The position numbers and the translations under genes are program-made. Positions 9,793 through 19,520 of a DNA stretch of 64,000 nt are shown here, in pieces. The notes beneath the pieces were generated by a model. It was not told the DNA's origin and ran no database searches. It saw only the letters and a list, made by a program, of their open reading frames with translations. Each line of letters begins with the position of its first letter. The stretch's first letter is position 1. Origin of the DNA: an uncultured Chloroflexia bacterium (GTDB taxonomy: Bacteria; Chloroflexota; Limnocylindria; Limnocylindrales; CSP1-4); NCBI GenBank assembly GCA_963813535.1, contig CAWEZH010000003.1, positions 352,001-416,000 on the forward strand. The letters run 5' to 3'.

Positions 9793-11511
9793 ATGTCCAG
9801 CGTCCTCGAGCGACGGCTGAGCCGGCGACGGTTCCTTGGGGCCAGTGCCGCGGGAGGGGCGGCGCTCCTCCTCGCAGGAACCGGATCCTCCGCCCTCGCG
9901 GCATCGCCGCCGACGCTCGCCGACCTGTCGCGACGCGACGAGGACGAGGACTGGTTCGAGGCGTCGATCCCGAGGCTCCAGCGCCTGATGCGGAAGCGGG
10001 AGATCACGAGCGCGGGCCTCACGAAGGCCTACCTCCGCCGGATCCGAAGGCTCGATCCGGTGCTCGGCTCGGTCATCGAGACCAACCCGGACGCCCTCCG
10101 GATCGCGGCCCAGCGCGACCGCGAGCGGCGACGTGGCCACGTCCGTGGTCCGCTCCATGGCATCCCGATCCTCGTGAAGGACAACGTCGCGACGCGCGAC
10201 AAGATGGAGACGACCGCCGGATCGTTCGCCCTCGAGGGGAGTCGCGTCCCCCGGGATGCGGAGATCGTCCGTCGATTGCGCCGGGCCGGCGCCGTCATCC
10301 TCGGCAAGGCCAACCTGTCCGAGTGGGCGAACTTCCGCGGCTTCATCCCGCCGGGGTTTCCCAATGGTTGGAGCGGACGAGGCGACTTCACCAGGAACCC
10401 GTATGTCCTGAGCTGGGATCCATGCGGATCGAGCTCGGGTTCGGCGGTCGCGGCGGCCGCGAACCTCGCCTCCGTGACGATCGGGACGGAGACCGACGGC
10501 TCCATCCTGTGTCCGGCCGGCAACACCAACGTGGTCGGGTTGAAGCCGACCCTCGGACTGGTGGCCCAGAACGGGATCATCCCGATCGCGCACTCGCAGG
10601 ACACGGCGGGGCCCATCACCCGGACGGTCACCGACGCCGCGATCCTGCTCAATGCCATCCGCTCGCCGTTCGGTCCGGTCAAGGGCCACAAGCTGCCGCG
10701 CGACTACACCAAGTTCCTTCGCCGGGGCGCGCTCAAGGGCGCCCGGATCGGTGTCGATCGATTGAACTTCCAGGAGGACTACTTCGCCGTCCCGGAGCTC
10801 AATCTCGTGACCGAGCAGGCGCTCGATGTCATGGCCGACGCGGGCGCGACGATCATCGACATCGAACCGGCCGACTGCCCCGACCCGAACACCTGGTTCG
10901 ACCCGGAGTTCGCGGTCCTGCTCAACGAGTTCAAGCACGACATCGCCGCGTACCTGAAGCCGGTCAGGCGGACCGAGATGCGCGATCTGGCCGATCTGAT
11001 CGAGTTCAACATCGAGCACTGCGCCGAGGAGATGACCTACTTCGGACAGGAGATCTTCGACATGGCGCAGGCGATGTCCGGGAGTCTCACTGATCCGGCG
11101 TATCTGGCGGCACGTGCCGAGAGTGTCCGGCTGGCAGGCCCCGAGGGGCTCGACCGCGTGCTCGACGAGCACGATCTCGACGTGCTGGTCTCGCCGGCGT
11201 ATTCCGTCGGGTACTCGGCGGCGGCCGTCGCGGGCTATGCCAGCATCTCGGTCCCGGCCGGGGTCGCGGCGGACGGACGTCCGGGTTGCGTCTGGATGTC
11301 CGGGCGCTTCCTCGACGAGCCGAAGCTCATCCGGCTCGCCTATGACCTCGAGCAGGAGCTCGGACGACGAGACATCCCGAAGTACCTCGGGACCGTGCCC
11401 GGGCCGTTCGCGGATGCCGGCATCTGCGCGGCGCTGCCGGCCTCGTCGGAGCGGGCGGGGGCGGTCCAGCGCGAGACCGTGGCCATGCCCCGAAGGCGGA
11501 TGCCGTTGTAG
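9793..11511 (+). CDS. Amidase signature family protein, Tat-exported
   Basis: SRRRFLG Tat motif, GPLHGIPILVKDN, GKANLSEWANFR, PCGSSSGSAV, GTETDGSI. Confidence 0.93.
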   Translation: MSSVLERRLSRRRFLGASAAGGAALLLAGTGSSALAASPPTLADLSRRDEDEDWFEASIPRLQRLMRKREITSAGLTKAYLRRIRRLDPVLGSVIETNPDALRIAAQRDRERRRGHVRGPLHGIPILVKDNVATRDKMETTAGSFALEGSRVPRDAEIVRRLRRAGAVILGKANLSEWANFRGFIPPGFPNGWSGRGDFTRNPYVLSWDPCGSSSGSAVAAAANLASVTIGTETDGSILCPAGNTNVVGLKPTLGLVAQNGIIPIAHSQDTAGPITRTVTDAAILLNAIRSPFGPVKGHKLPRDYTKFLRRGALKGARIGVDRLNFQEDYFAVPELNLVTEQALDVMADAGATIIDIEPADCPDPNTWFDPEFAVLLNEFKHDIAAYLKPVRRTEMRDLADLIEFNIEHCAEEMTYFGQEIFDMAQAMSGSLTDPAYLAARAESVRLAGPEGLDRVLDEHDLDVLVSPAYSVGYSAAAVAGYASISVPAGVAADGRPGCVWMSGRFLDEPKLIRLAYDLEQELGRRDIPKYLGTVPGPFADAGICAALPASSERAGAVQRETVAMPRRRMPL

Positions 11512-11596
11512 GGAGGGTCTCGCGGCGGGCGGCGGCGGCGGGGGGTGCCGCGCTCCGCTGGTGCCGCCCCGCCGGGCGCGGGGGCTCGCCGGCGTT

Positions 11597-11935
11597 TGGA
11601 ACATCACGTGTTACGTCCGACCGCCAAGGTCCCCTGATCCGGGACCTTGGCGGTCATATGGAACATCACGTGTTACGAACGGCACCTGAGCGGGGCTTCG
11701 CCGGTCGCACGTAACACGTCAGGTTACAAAGGGCACCTGAGCGCTCCCGCGGGCCGGTGGAACATCCCGATGTTCCAAGTGACCGCTGAGCGGACCAGGC
11801 CGAGGGTTGGAAGGGTCCGATCGGTACCTTCCCCGATCGTTTGGCACCTCCAGGAGGTTCCAAACGACTGCTGGGACCGCCGCTGACGATCCGCCTGGAG
11901 GCTCGCCGGTCAGTCGGAACATGGGGAGGTTCCAA
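11597..11935. repeat. Array of about 7 degenerate palindromic repeats (GGAACA-N5/6-TGTT(A/C)C) between convergent genes
   Basis: Exact copies of TGGAACATCACGTGTTACG at 11597 and 11659; variants at 11710, 11758, 11808, 11842 and 11915. GGCACCTGAGCG follows two units. Perfect-armed hairpin at 11621..11653. Confidence 0.7.
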
Positions 11936-11963
11936 CCGTGAACGGGCATCGCCCGGCGGCCAC

Positions 11964-12788
11964 TCAGGCCGGCGGCCACGACCCCGGCGGCGGATCCACC
12001 AGGCCCTCGCCCCACACTTCCGGGCCGCAGAAGAAGCCACGCGGCGGCAGAGCGTCGACAGGCACTCGTGGGAGCGTTGCCGGATCGGCTCGCCACGCAT
12101 CCAGCGTCTCCACCAGCCACGACTCGATCTCGTTGAACGCCGTCCATCGATGGAATGCCCAGCCGGCCTCGAGGCAGATCCGCTCCAGGGACCGCTTCGC
12201 GAAGACCACGTCGCTGTAGCCCGCCGCATATCGGTCGCTCTCGCCGTCACCGATGTACACGACCCGCCGGCCCGCGGCTCGATGCGCCAGCACCCGCTCG
12301 CGCTTGCACGTGCCGCACACGAGACAGGTCGGGTGGCCGTTCGGGAACTCGATGGACGGGCGACGGTCAGCGAACGTGGTCCGCGCGGTCACGATCGGGA
12401 GATCGCCGACGCCGAGCGCGTCCAATGCCGGCTGGATGAAGAACCCGTACCCGTCGGACACGATCTCGATCGGGATGCCCGCCGACCGGGCACGCCGCAC
12501 GAACGGCACGAACCCTGGGTCGTGCGGCTGGGCCGCAGCGGTCGAGCGCAGGATCGCCGGGTCCGCCTCGATCAGCGACACCTCCCAGGCCATGAGCCGG
12601 CGCGACCCCATCCGACCCGCGTCGTAGTCGACCTCGGCGTCCTCCCAGACGGCACCGGCAACATGTTCCGCGAGCAGGATCTCCGTGACGTCGGTCAGGG
12701 AGATCGTCCCGTCGTAGTCGATCAGGATCGACAGGGGTGGTGTCCCCGCGCGCGCCGGCGGCACAGGCGGATCGACGACGAACGTCAT
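11964..12788 (-). CDS. HAD-IB family phosphatase (MtnX-like)
   Basis: IDYDGTIS motif I, IVSDG, CGTCK, YIGDGESDRYAA. Confidence 0.85.
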   Translation of the reverse strand: MTFVVDPPVPPARAGTPPLSILIDYDGTISLTDVTEILLAEHVAGAVWEDAEVDYDAGRMGSRRLMAWEVSLIEADPAILRSTAAAQPHDPGFVPFVRRARSAGIPIEIVSDGYGFFIQPALDALGVGDLPIVTARTTFADRRPSIEFPNGHPTCLVCGTCKRERVLAHRAAGRRVVYIGDGESDRYAAGYSDVVFAKRSLERICLEAGWAFHRWTAFNEIESWLVETLDAWRADPATLPRVPVDALPPRGFFCGPEVWGEGLVDPPPGSWPPA

Positions 12789-13690
12789 CGCGGCGCCGGT
12801 CCGGCTGCGGCTCGTCGCAACGGTCGCGACGACGGCGGGTGCGTCGACGCCCGGCGGGTGAGCGCGACGCCCGCCAGGATGATGAAGCCACCGACCACCT
12901 GGGCGGGCCGTATCGGCTCACCGAGGAAGACGAAGGCGAGGACGACCGCCATCGCCGGGACGAACGACTGGAGCGTGATGACGCGGGTCGGGCCGAGCAG
13001 TCGGACGCCGTTGAACACGACGACGTTCGCAAAGGCTGCCGCGAGCACCCCGGAATAGACGATGGCCAGGACGATCGGGACGATCGCCGCCGCCTGCTCC
13101 GGCCCGAGCGCCCCGGGCGCGAGCAACTGCGCCATCCCCAGCGGGAGCAGCACGATCGTCCCGCCGATCGTGGCCCACGTCGTCAGGACGAGCGGCGAGT
13201 GGCGTCGGAGGACCGACGCGGCGAACGCCGTGTACGTCGCCCAGCACGCCGCTGCCGCGAGCGTCAGCAGACTGCCGGCCGTCGAGCCGCTCATCGAGAT
13301 CCCGACGCCGGCGCCGATGACGACCACGACCCCGAGGAACGACAGCGAGGCACCCACGAACTTCATCGGCGTGAGCGTGTCGGAGCCGGCGACGACGGCC
13401 AATACGGCGACCAGCACCGGCGTCGACGCGATGATCAGCGCGCTGTCGCCAGCCGGGATCGATGTCAGACCTGTCGTCCACAGGATCTGGTAGACCCCGA
13501 ACCCGAGTCCGCCCAGGACCAGGATCCGCGCGACATCGGGCCGGGGCAATCGGACGGAACCCTCGTACCAGCGCAGGATCACGAGCAGGGCGATGGATGC
13601 CAGGCCGTAGCGCAGCATCGTGAACGCGACGGGCGGCAGGACCGTGAGTGCGCCCTTGACGACGATGAAGTTCGCCGCCCAGACGACCAT
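12785..13690 (-). CDS. DMT/EamA family transporter (start may lie up to ~100 nt upstream)
   Basis: VVWAANFIVVK, about 10 TM helices, GEPIRPAQVVGG. Confidence 0.9.
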   Translation of the reverse strand: MVVWAANFIVVKGALTVLPPVAFTMLRYGLASIALLVILRWYEGSVRLPRPDVARILVLGGLGFGVYQILWTTGLTSIPAGDSALIIASTPVLVAVLAVVAGSDTLTPMKFVGASLSFLGVVVVIGAGVGISMSGSTAGSLLTLAAAACWATYTAFAASVLRRHSPLVLTTWATIGGTIVLLPLGMAQLLAPGALGPEQAAAIVPIVLAIVYSGVLAAAFANVVVFNGVRLLGPTRVITLQSFVPAMAVVLAFVFLGEPIRPAQVVGGFIILAGVALTRRASTHPPSSRPLRRAAAGPAPR

Positions 13691-13814
13691 GACACCGAGG
13701 ACGGCGGCCTCGGCGACCCGTCGATCGGCGGACAGTCGAACGCCCGCCGGTCGATCGGCGGGCGTCGGTGCGGCCGCGGGGATGTCGGGGTCGATCAGGC
13801 GCCGTCGCGATCGA

Positions 13815-13970
13815 TCAGACGGCGTCGCGGTCGAGCTCGAGGAGCTCCTCGTCGTCCTCTTCGGTCAGCTTGAGCCAGACGAACAGGCCGGCCAGGACGG
13901 CCAGCGGGATGACGATCAGCGCGGCCAGCGTGATGCCGAGCGCGACAGCGACAGTCTTGAGGGCTTTCAT
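13815..13970 (-). CDS. Small membrane protein (51 aa) with acidic tail
   Basis: Translated by hand: MKALKTVAVALGITLAALIVIPLAVLAGLFVWLKLTEEDDEELLELDRDAV; GGAGG RBS. Confidence 0.7.
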   Translation of the reverse strand: MKALKTVAVALGITLAALIVIPLAVLAGLFVWLKLTEEDDEELLELDRDAV

Positions 13971-13984
13971 GGGCCTACCTCCGA

Positions 13985-14521
13985 TCAGGCGCTGGTGGTC
14001 GTGCCGCGACCGGCTCCCGGGATGGAAACCGGGTTCCGGAGCGACGGGCCCCGAGCGACCAACTGCGCGATGTCCTCGCGGGTGAATTCCGCGAGCTGGT
14101 GCTGGCTGCCGGCCTGGCCGGACAGCAGGAGCCGGACGACGAACGCGCCGTCCTGCTCGAAGAAGAACACATCCCGCGGCTTCTGCTCATCCATGTAGCG
14201 GCCGAGGACGCGGAACGCGGTCTCGTAATGCCCGGCATCGCTCGCCGGCGCAGGGTTCGACCGACCGCGCCGGGCGGCCGCCTCCTCCATGAACCGGGCG
14301 ATGTCGTCGTCGAGGAACGTCAGGGTCTCCTTGATCTGTGTCCCCAGCGAGTCTGACCAGGCGCTTGTCGATGGCGTCGTCATGACGAGACCCTGGACGA
14401 TGAACCCATCCGGCGCCTCGACCAGCAGGACGTCTTTCATGCCGCGCTGATCGAGGAACGCGCCGATCGAGCGGAAGACCTCCTCGAAGTCCTGACGCGG
14501 GCTGCCCTCGTAGATACGCAT
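13985..14521 (-). CDS. Hypothetical protein with an internal domain duplication
   Basis: GGAGG RBS. FEEVFRSIGAFLDQRGMKDVLLVEAPDGFIV aligns with YETAFRVLGRYMDEQKPRDVFFFEQDGAFVV. Confidence 0.75.
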   Translation of the reverse strand: MRIYEGSPRQDFEEVFRSIGAFLDQRGMKDVLLVEAPDGFIVQGLVMTTPSTSAWSDSLGTQIKETLTFLDDDIARFMEEAAARRGRSNPAPASDAGHYETAFRVLGRYMDEQKPRDVFFFEQDGAFVVRLLLSGQAGSQHQLAEFTREDIAQLVARGPSLRNPVSIPGAGRGTTTSA

Positions 14522-14692
14522 GCGGCGCCGACCTCCAGGACCCGGTGGCTCGGGCTCGCGGCTCACGCCACCTTGGCGCAGCGATGCTCGCGCGGTGACC
14601 CCCAAGCTCGGCGAGTGTACCGACCTCAGATAGCGGCGGCAACATCACCATCGTTCCGTTTCTCGGTACGACCGTTGCTGGTGTCTCTCCCG

Positions 14693-15661
14693 TCAGCGAT
14701 CGGGGGCAGCGGATCGGGCCGCCGCCAGCACGGCTGCCAATCGGCCGGCGGTCCGCGCGTTGTTCACGATCAGGGCCGTATTCGCGGGCACGGATCGACC
14801 ATCCGTCAGCTCGGCGATCCTGGCCAGCAGCCACGGCGTCACCGCCGGACCGACGATGCCGGCCGCCTCGGCGTCGTCGATCGCTCGCGCGACCGCGTTC
14901 CGGGCGAGGTCATCGGGGAGTGCCATGTCGGCCGGCACGGGTACGCAGACCAGGGCCCCGCTGCCGAGCCCAAGGCCGAGGTGGGCGGCGACGATCCGAG
15001 CCGCGCCAGCGACGTCCGGCGCCGACGCCGGTGCTTGGATCCCGGAGGAGCGCGCGAAGAAGCCGGGCACCTCTGGCTGCCCGATCACGATCACCGGCAC
15101 GCCCCGCGTCTCCAGGTACTCGAGCGTGGCCGGCACATCGAGGATCGCCTTCGGCCCCGCGCACACGACGGCCATCGCCGTCCGGCCCAGCTCCTCGAGA
15201 TCGGACGAGATGTCGAGGGAGGCCGGGACGCCGTCCGATGCATCGAGGGCGCCGCGATGGACGCCCCCGATGCCGCCCGTCGCGAAGACCGTGATGCCGG
15301 CAGCCGCAGCCGCGATCATCGTCGCCGAGACCGTCGTCGCCGCCCAGCCGCCCTCGGCCAGGGCGATCGCGAGGCTGGGGCGTGCCGCCTTCCGGACCGA
15401 GCCGAGGGGCGCCGTCGCGAGGGCCTCGAGGGTAGAGGCATCAAGCCCGACGAGCAGGCGACCGTCCCGCACAGCGACCGTCGCCGGGACCGCATCCGCA
15501 GTCTCCCGGACCGCAGCTTCCGACGCGGTGGCGACCTCGAGATTCTGCGGATACGGGAGGCCGTGGCTGATCAGCGTCGATTCGAGCGCGACGACCGGGC
15601 GCCCTTCCGCGAGGGCCGTGGCCACCTCGGGCGCGACGACGAGTCGATCGGCGACGGACAT
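14693..15661 (-). CDS. psuG: Pseudouridine-5'-phosphate glycosidase
   Basis: PVVALESTLISHGLPYPQN, ATTVSATM, FATGGIGGVHRG, DISSDLEEL, TPWLL, NTALIVNNA. Confidence 0.95.
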   Translation of the reverse strand: MSVADRLVVAPEVATALAEGRPVVALESTLISHGLPYPQNLEVATASEAAVRETADAVPATVAVRDGRLLVGLDASTLEALATAPLGSVRKAARPSLAIALAEGGWAATTVSATMIAAAAAGITVFATGGIGGVHRGALDASDGVPASLDISSDLEELGRTAMAVVCAGPKAILDVPATLEYLETRGVPVIVIGQPEVPGFFARSSGIQAPASAPDVAGAARIVAAHLGLGLGSGALVCVPVPADMALPDDLARNAVARAIDDAEAAGIVGPAVTPWLLARIAELTDGRSVPANTALIVNNARTAGRLAAVLAAARSAAPDR

Positions 15662-15708
15662 CGGGACGGCCATACCCGAAGCCTAGCGGCGCGGCTAGGC
15701 TGTCGCGC

Positions 15709-17773
15709 ATGCCCCGTCGACGCGCGATGACACCCGAGGACATCCGGCGCATGGTCGTGGTCGAGGAGCTCGACCTGTCCGTCGATGGCCGGACCGCGGT
15801 GGTCGTCAGGCGCTCGATCCGGGGCAACCGCTACCTCGGCCACCTGTTCGCGATCGACCTCGCGTCCGGCCGCGACGTCCCGTCCCCGCGTCAGCTGACT
15901 CGCGGGGCGATCCGCGATACCAAACCGCGTCTCTGCCCCGACGGCCATACGCTCGCTTTCATCCGAAGCGACCCGACCGACGACGACTCGGTCGCCTCGA
16001 TCGGCATCCTCGACATCCGCCGACCGGACCGGGTGCATATGGCCCGAGTCGGGGGCCACGGCGCGATCGGCGAGGTCGCATGGTCGCCGGACGGTATGCG
16101 ATTGGCCTTCACCGCCGAGGTCGACCCGCCCCGGTTCATCAGCGGCAGGACCCGGCCCATCTCGCGCCGAGGTCCGGCGAACGGAGCGGATGCCGAGACG
16201 CCCCTGGCCCGCCACATCACCAGGACGGACTGGCGCTGGGACGAGGAGGGGCATCGCGACCGATGGGCGCATCTGTTCATCCTCGACATGCCCAACGGCC
16301 GGCCACGGCAGGTGACGAGTGGCGACTGGGGGGTCGCGGAGATCGCCTGGCACCCCGACGGACGGACGATCGCCTTCTCCAGCGACCGCGGCCCGGAACC
16401 CGATCTCCACCCGCGGACGACGATCTGGACCGTCGACGTCGACGACCCAGATACCGAGCCGCGCGAGGTGCTCGGTCCAGGCGGCTGGGCACTGCAGCCG
16501 GCATGGTCGCCGGATGGCCGCTGGATCGCCGCCCAGGGCCTCCTCGACCCGGACCCGATCGATGACGTCAGCCCGGGCGTCCTCCTTGGTCCGGCCGATG
16601 GCTCGCGACCACCCCGGCTCGTCGCGCCGGACCTCGACCGGCCCGTCGGCAACTGGGTCGACTCGGATCTCACCGGCTGGTTCGTTTCCGGCTACAACGG
16701 GCCGTCCTGGCTCGATGACCACCGGATCGTGGCGAGCATCTCGGACCGTGGCCGGTCGCGGCCGTGGGTGTTCGTCGTGGACGACATGGGCGCCGACGTC
16801 GAGTGCTACCCGGCCGCGGACGGCGAGCTGGTGACCCACACCATCGCGGTCGGGCCGGAACACATCGTGTTCCTCGGGACGCAGGGCACTCGGGCGATGG
16901 AGCTCATGACGGTCGCCGTCGGCGACGGGCGCGATGCCGCGCCGCGAACGCGCTCACGGATCGGGTCGCGTTGGCAGGCCGCGTTCGAGATGCCCGAGAT
17001 GCAGCTCGTCCAGGCGCCCGGACCGGCCGGCCCGATCGACGTCTGGATCGCATCGCCGCCGGGCGCCGGCGACGAACGCCTGCCCACCGTCGTCGACGTC
17101 CATGGCGGCCCGCTCGGCGCGTGGGCGCCCGCGCCGCACGTCGAGGTCATCCTCCTCGCGTCTGCGGGCTACCGCGTGATCCTGCCGAACATCCGGGGGT
17201 CGGCGACCTACGGCCGCGACTGGATCACGCCACAGCTCGGCGACTGGGGCGGCGTCGATGCCGCCGACGTCCACGCCGCGGTCGACCACGTCGTGGACCT
17301 TGGCCTGGCCGACCCTGCATCGGCTCGGCGTCATGGGGTTGAGCTACGGCGGCTTCATGGTGCACTGGCTGGTCGGCACGAGCGACCAATTCACGGCCGC
17401 CGTATCGGAGAACGGCGTGACCAACCAGATCACCAGCTGGGCCAACTCGGACAGCGGTCCGGAATACGACCGGGCCTCTCTCATGGGCGATCCGCTGTCG
17501 CCCGAGGGCATCGACAAGCTCTGGCGGCAGTCGCCGTTGCGCAACGTCGCCAACGTGCGGACGCCGTTGCTGATCCTCCAAGCAGAGGCCGACCAGCGCT
17601 GCCCGGCGCCCGACAACGAGCAGTTCTTCGTCGCGCTCCGCCACCTCGGACGCACGGTCGAGTACGTCCTCTATCCCGACGAGTACCACGTCTACGCATC
17701 GGCGGGCCGGCCCGACCGCCGGATCGACCGCAATCGACGGATCATCGACTGGTTCGACCGCTACCTCCGCTGA
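15709..17773 (+). CDS. S9 family (acylaminoacyl/dipeptidyl) peptidase, frameshift near 17320
   Basis: WD40-like propeller (AWSPDG repeats) and HGGP; the second frame supplies GLSYGG, QAEADQRCP and YPDEYH (Ser-Asp-His triad). Confidence 0.9.
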
Positions 17774-17876
17774 CGCCGCGCGCGGCGAGACGGACGCCGC
17801 CCCGGACGTTTCGCCCACCGCCGAGTGGCCCCATCCCGGCATCGCGGCGGCTGGACATCCCGGTCATCATCGATCC

Positions 17877-19484
17877 ATGACGCGCACGCGCCGCCCCCGA
17901 GCCCGTGCCGCCGCCGTCGCGGTCGCCGCGCTTGCAGCCCTCATCGTCGTCCCGAGCACGGCCCTCGCCTGGGCCGAGTTCCCCAAGGGTTACGAGGGGT
18001 ACCACACCCACTCCGAGATCACGGCCCTGACGAAGTCGGTCGCCGACGCGCACCCCGCCATCGCATCGCGCTTCAGCATCGGGAAGAGCTATCGCGGCCG
18101 CGACATGTGGGCCATGAAGATCTCGGACAACGTCGCCACGGACGAGGCCGAGCCCGAGGTCCTGTTCGACGGCGGCCATCACGCCGACGAGCACATGGGC
18201 GTCGAGATGATCATCAAGATCATGCGCTGGCTGGTCGATGGGTACGGCACGAACTCGCGCATCACGAACATCGTCAACGGCCGCGAGATCTGGCTCGTCT
18301 TCTCGGTCAACCCGGATGGCGCCGACTACGACATCGGCAACGGCCAATTCCATTACTGGCGGAAGAACCGCCAGCCGACGCCTGGGACCGGCTACATCGG
18401 CACGGACCTCAACCGCAACTACTCCTACAAGTGGGGCGGTGGCGGGCGAACGAGCTCGAACCCCGCGGCGATCACGTACCGTGGCCCGAGATCGTTCTCG
18501 GCACCCGAGACCCGCGCGATGCGCGACTTCCTGGCGAACCGCGTCGTCGCCAGCCGCCAGCAGATCCGGGCGCACATCACCTTCCACGAGGCCGGCCGGC
18601 TGGTGATGTGGCCGTACGGCTACACCTACACCAACCTCCCCGGTGACATGACCGCCCAGGACTACCAGGCGTTCGTCCACATGGGCCGCGCCATGGCCAA
18701 GACGAATGGCTACCGGCCCCAGCAGGCGAGCGACCTGTACATCTCCTCCGGGACGACCCGTGACTACGCCTACGGCGTCTACCGGACCTTCTCGTACACA
18801 TTCGAGATGTCCAACCGCGACTACATGGACGACAGCCTCATCGCGTCGGAGACAGGCCGGAACAAGAGCGCCGTGCTCTACCTGGCGGAGCGGGCATGGT
18901 GTCCGTACTCGGTGCTTGGTGCGTCCTACGTGACGTGGCGTTGCGGCGCATTCGACGACGACTTCGAGGCGGCTCGCGGTTGGGTCACGAATCCCGGTGG
19001 CAGCGACACGGCGACGAGCGGCGCGTTCGCACGCGGCAACCCCGAGGGCACGTCGTCGAGCGGGGCCAAGCAGCTGGGGACGGTGCCGTCGGGTTCCCGG
19101 GCGCTGACCACCGGCCTGCTGGCCGGATCCTCGGTCAACGCCAACGACCTCGATGGGCGGACGACCGTTCGCTCGGCGCCGATCAAGCTCCCGACGACGA
19201 ACGGCCAGCGGCTGTTCTTCCGCTACGTCTTCGCCCACCGATCGAATGCCTCGTCGGCCGATCGACTGGTCGTGTCCGTCGAGGAGTCAGGCGGCGCGCG
19301 GACGGCGGTCTTCACCAAGACCGGCTCGGCGACCGACGTCGACGGCGCGTGGCGCAACGTCTACGCCGCTCTCGACGCGTGGAAGGGCCAGACCATCCGG
19401 ATCCACATCGAGGCGGTCGACGGTGGCTCGAACAGCACGATCGAAGCCCAGATCGACGACGTACGGGTGACGCGCGGGACCTGA
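17877..19484 (+). CDS. Secreted M14 zinc carboxypeptidase (carboxypeptidase T-like) with C-terminal beta domain
   Basis: Signal peptide, HHADEH, NPDG, WRKNR, DLNRNY, ITFH, YTFEM. Confidence 0.92.
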   Translation: MTRTRRPRARAAAVAVAALAALIVVPSTALAWAEFPKGYEGYHTHSEITALTKSVADAHPAIASRFSIGKSYRGRDMWAMKISDNVATDEAEPEVLFDGGHHADEHMGVEMIIKIMRWLVDGYGTNSRITNIVNGREIWLVFSVNPDGADYDIGNGQFHYWRKNRQPTPGTGYIGTDLNRNYSYKWGGGGRTSSNPAAITYRGPRSFSAPETRAMRDFLANRVVASRQQIRAHITFHEAGRLVMWPYGYTYTNLPGDMTAQDYQAFVHMGRAMAKTNGYRPQQASDLYISSGTTRDYAYGVYRTFSYTFEMSNRDYMDDSLIASETGRNKSAVLYLAERAWCPYSVLGASYVTWRCGAFDDDFEAARGWVTNPGGSDTATSGAFARGNPEGTSSSGAKQLGTVPSGSRALTTGLLAGSSVNANDLDGRTTVRSAPIKLPTTNGQRLFFRYVFAHRSNASSADRLVVSVEESGGARTAVFTKTGSATDVDGAWRNVYAALDAWKGQTIRIHIEAVDGGSNSTIEAQIDDVRVTRGT

Positions 19485-19520
19485 GCGAGACGAACGCAGG
19501 GCGCTTGCCTCCGCTGCAGG

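Noticed and set aside
11597-11935. CRISPR array or parS cluster
   Set aside because: Repeats are short (19-21 nt) and degenerate, spacers share sub-motifs, and no cas genes are present. The half-sites are arranged opposite to parS (TGTTNCACGTGAAACA).
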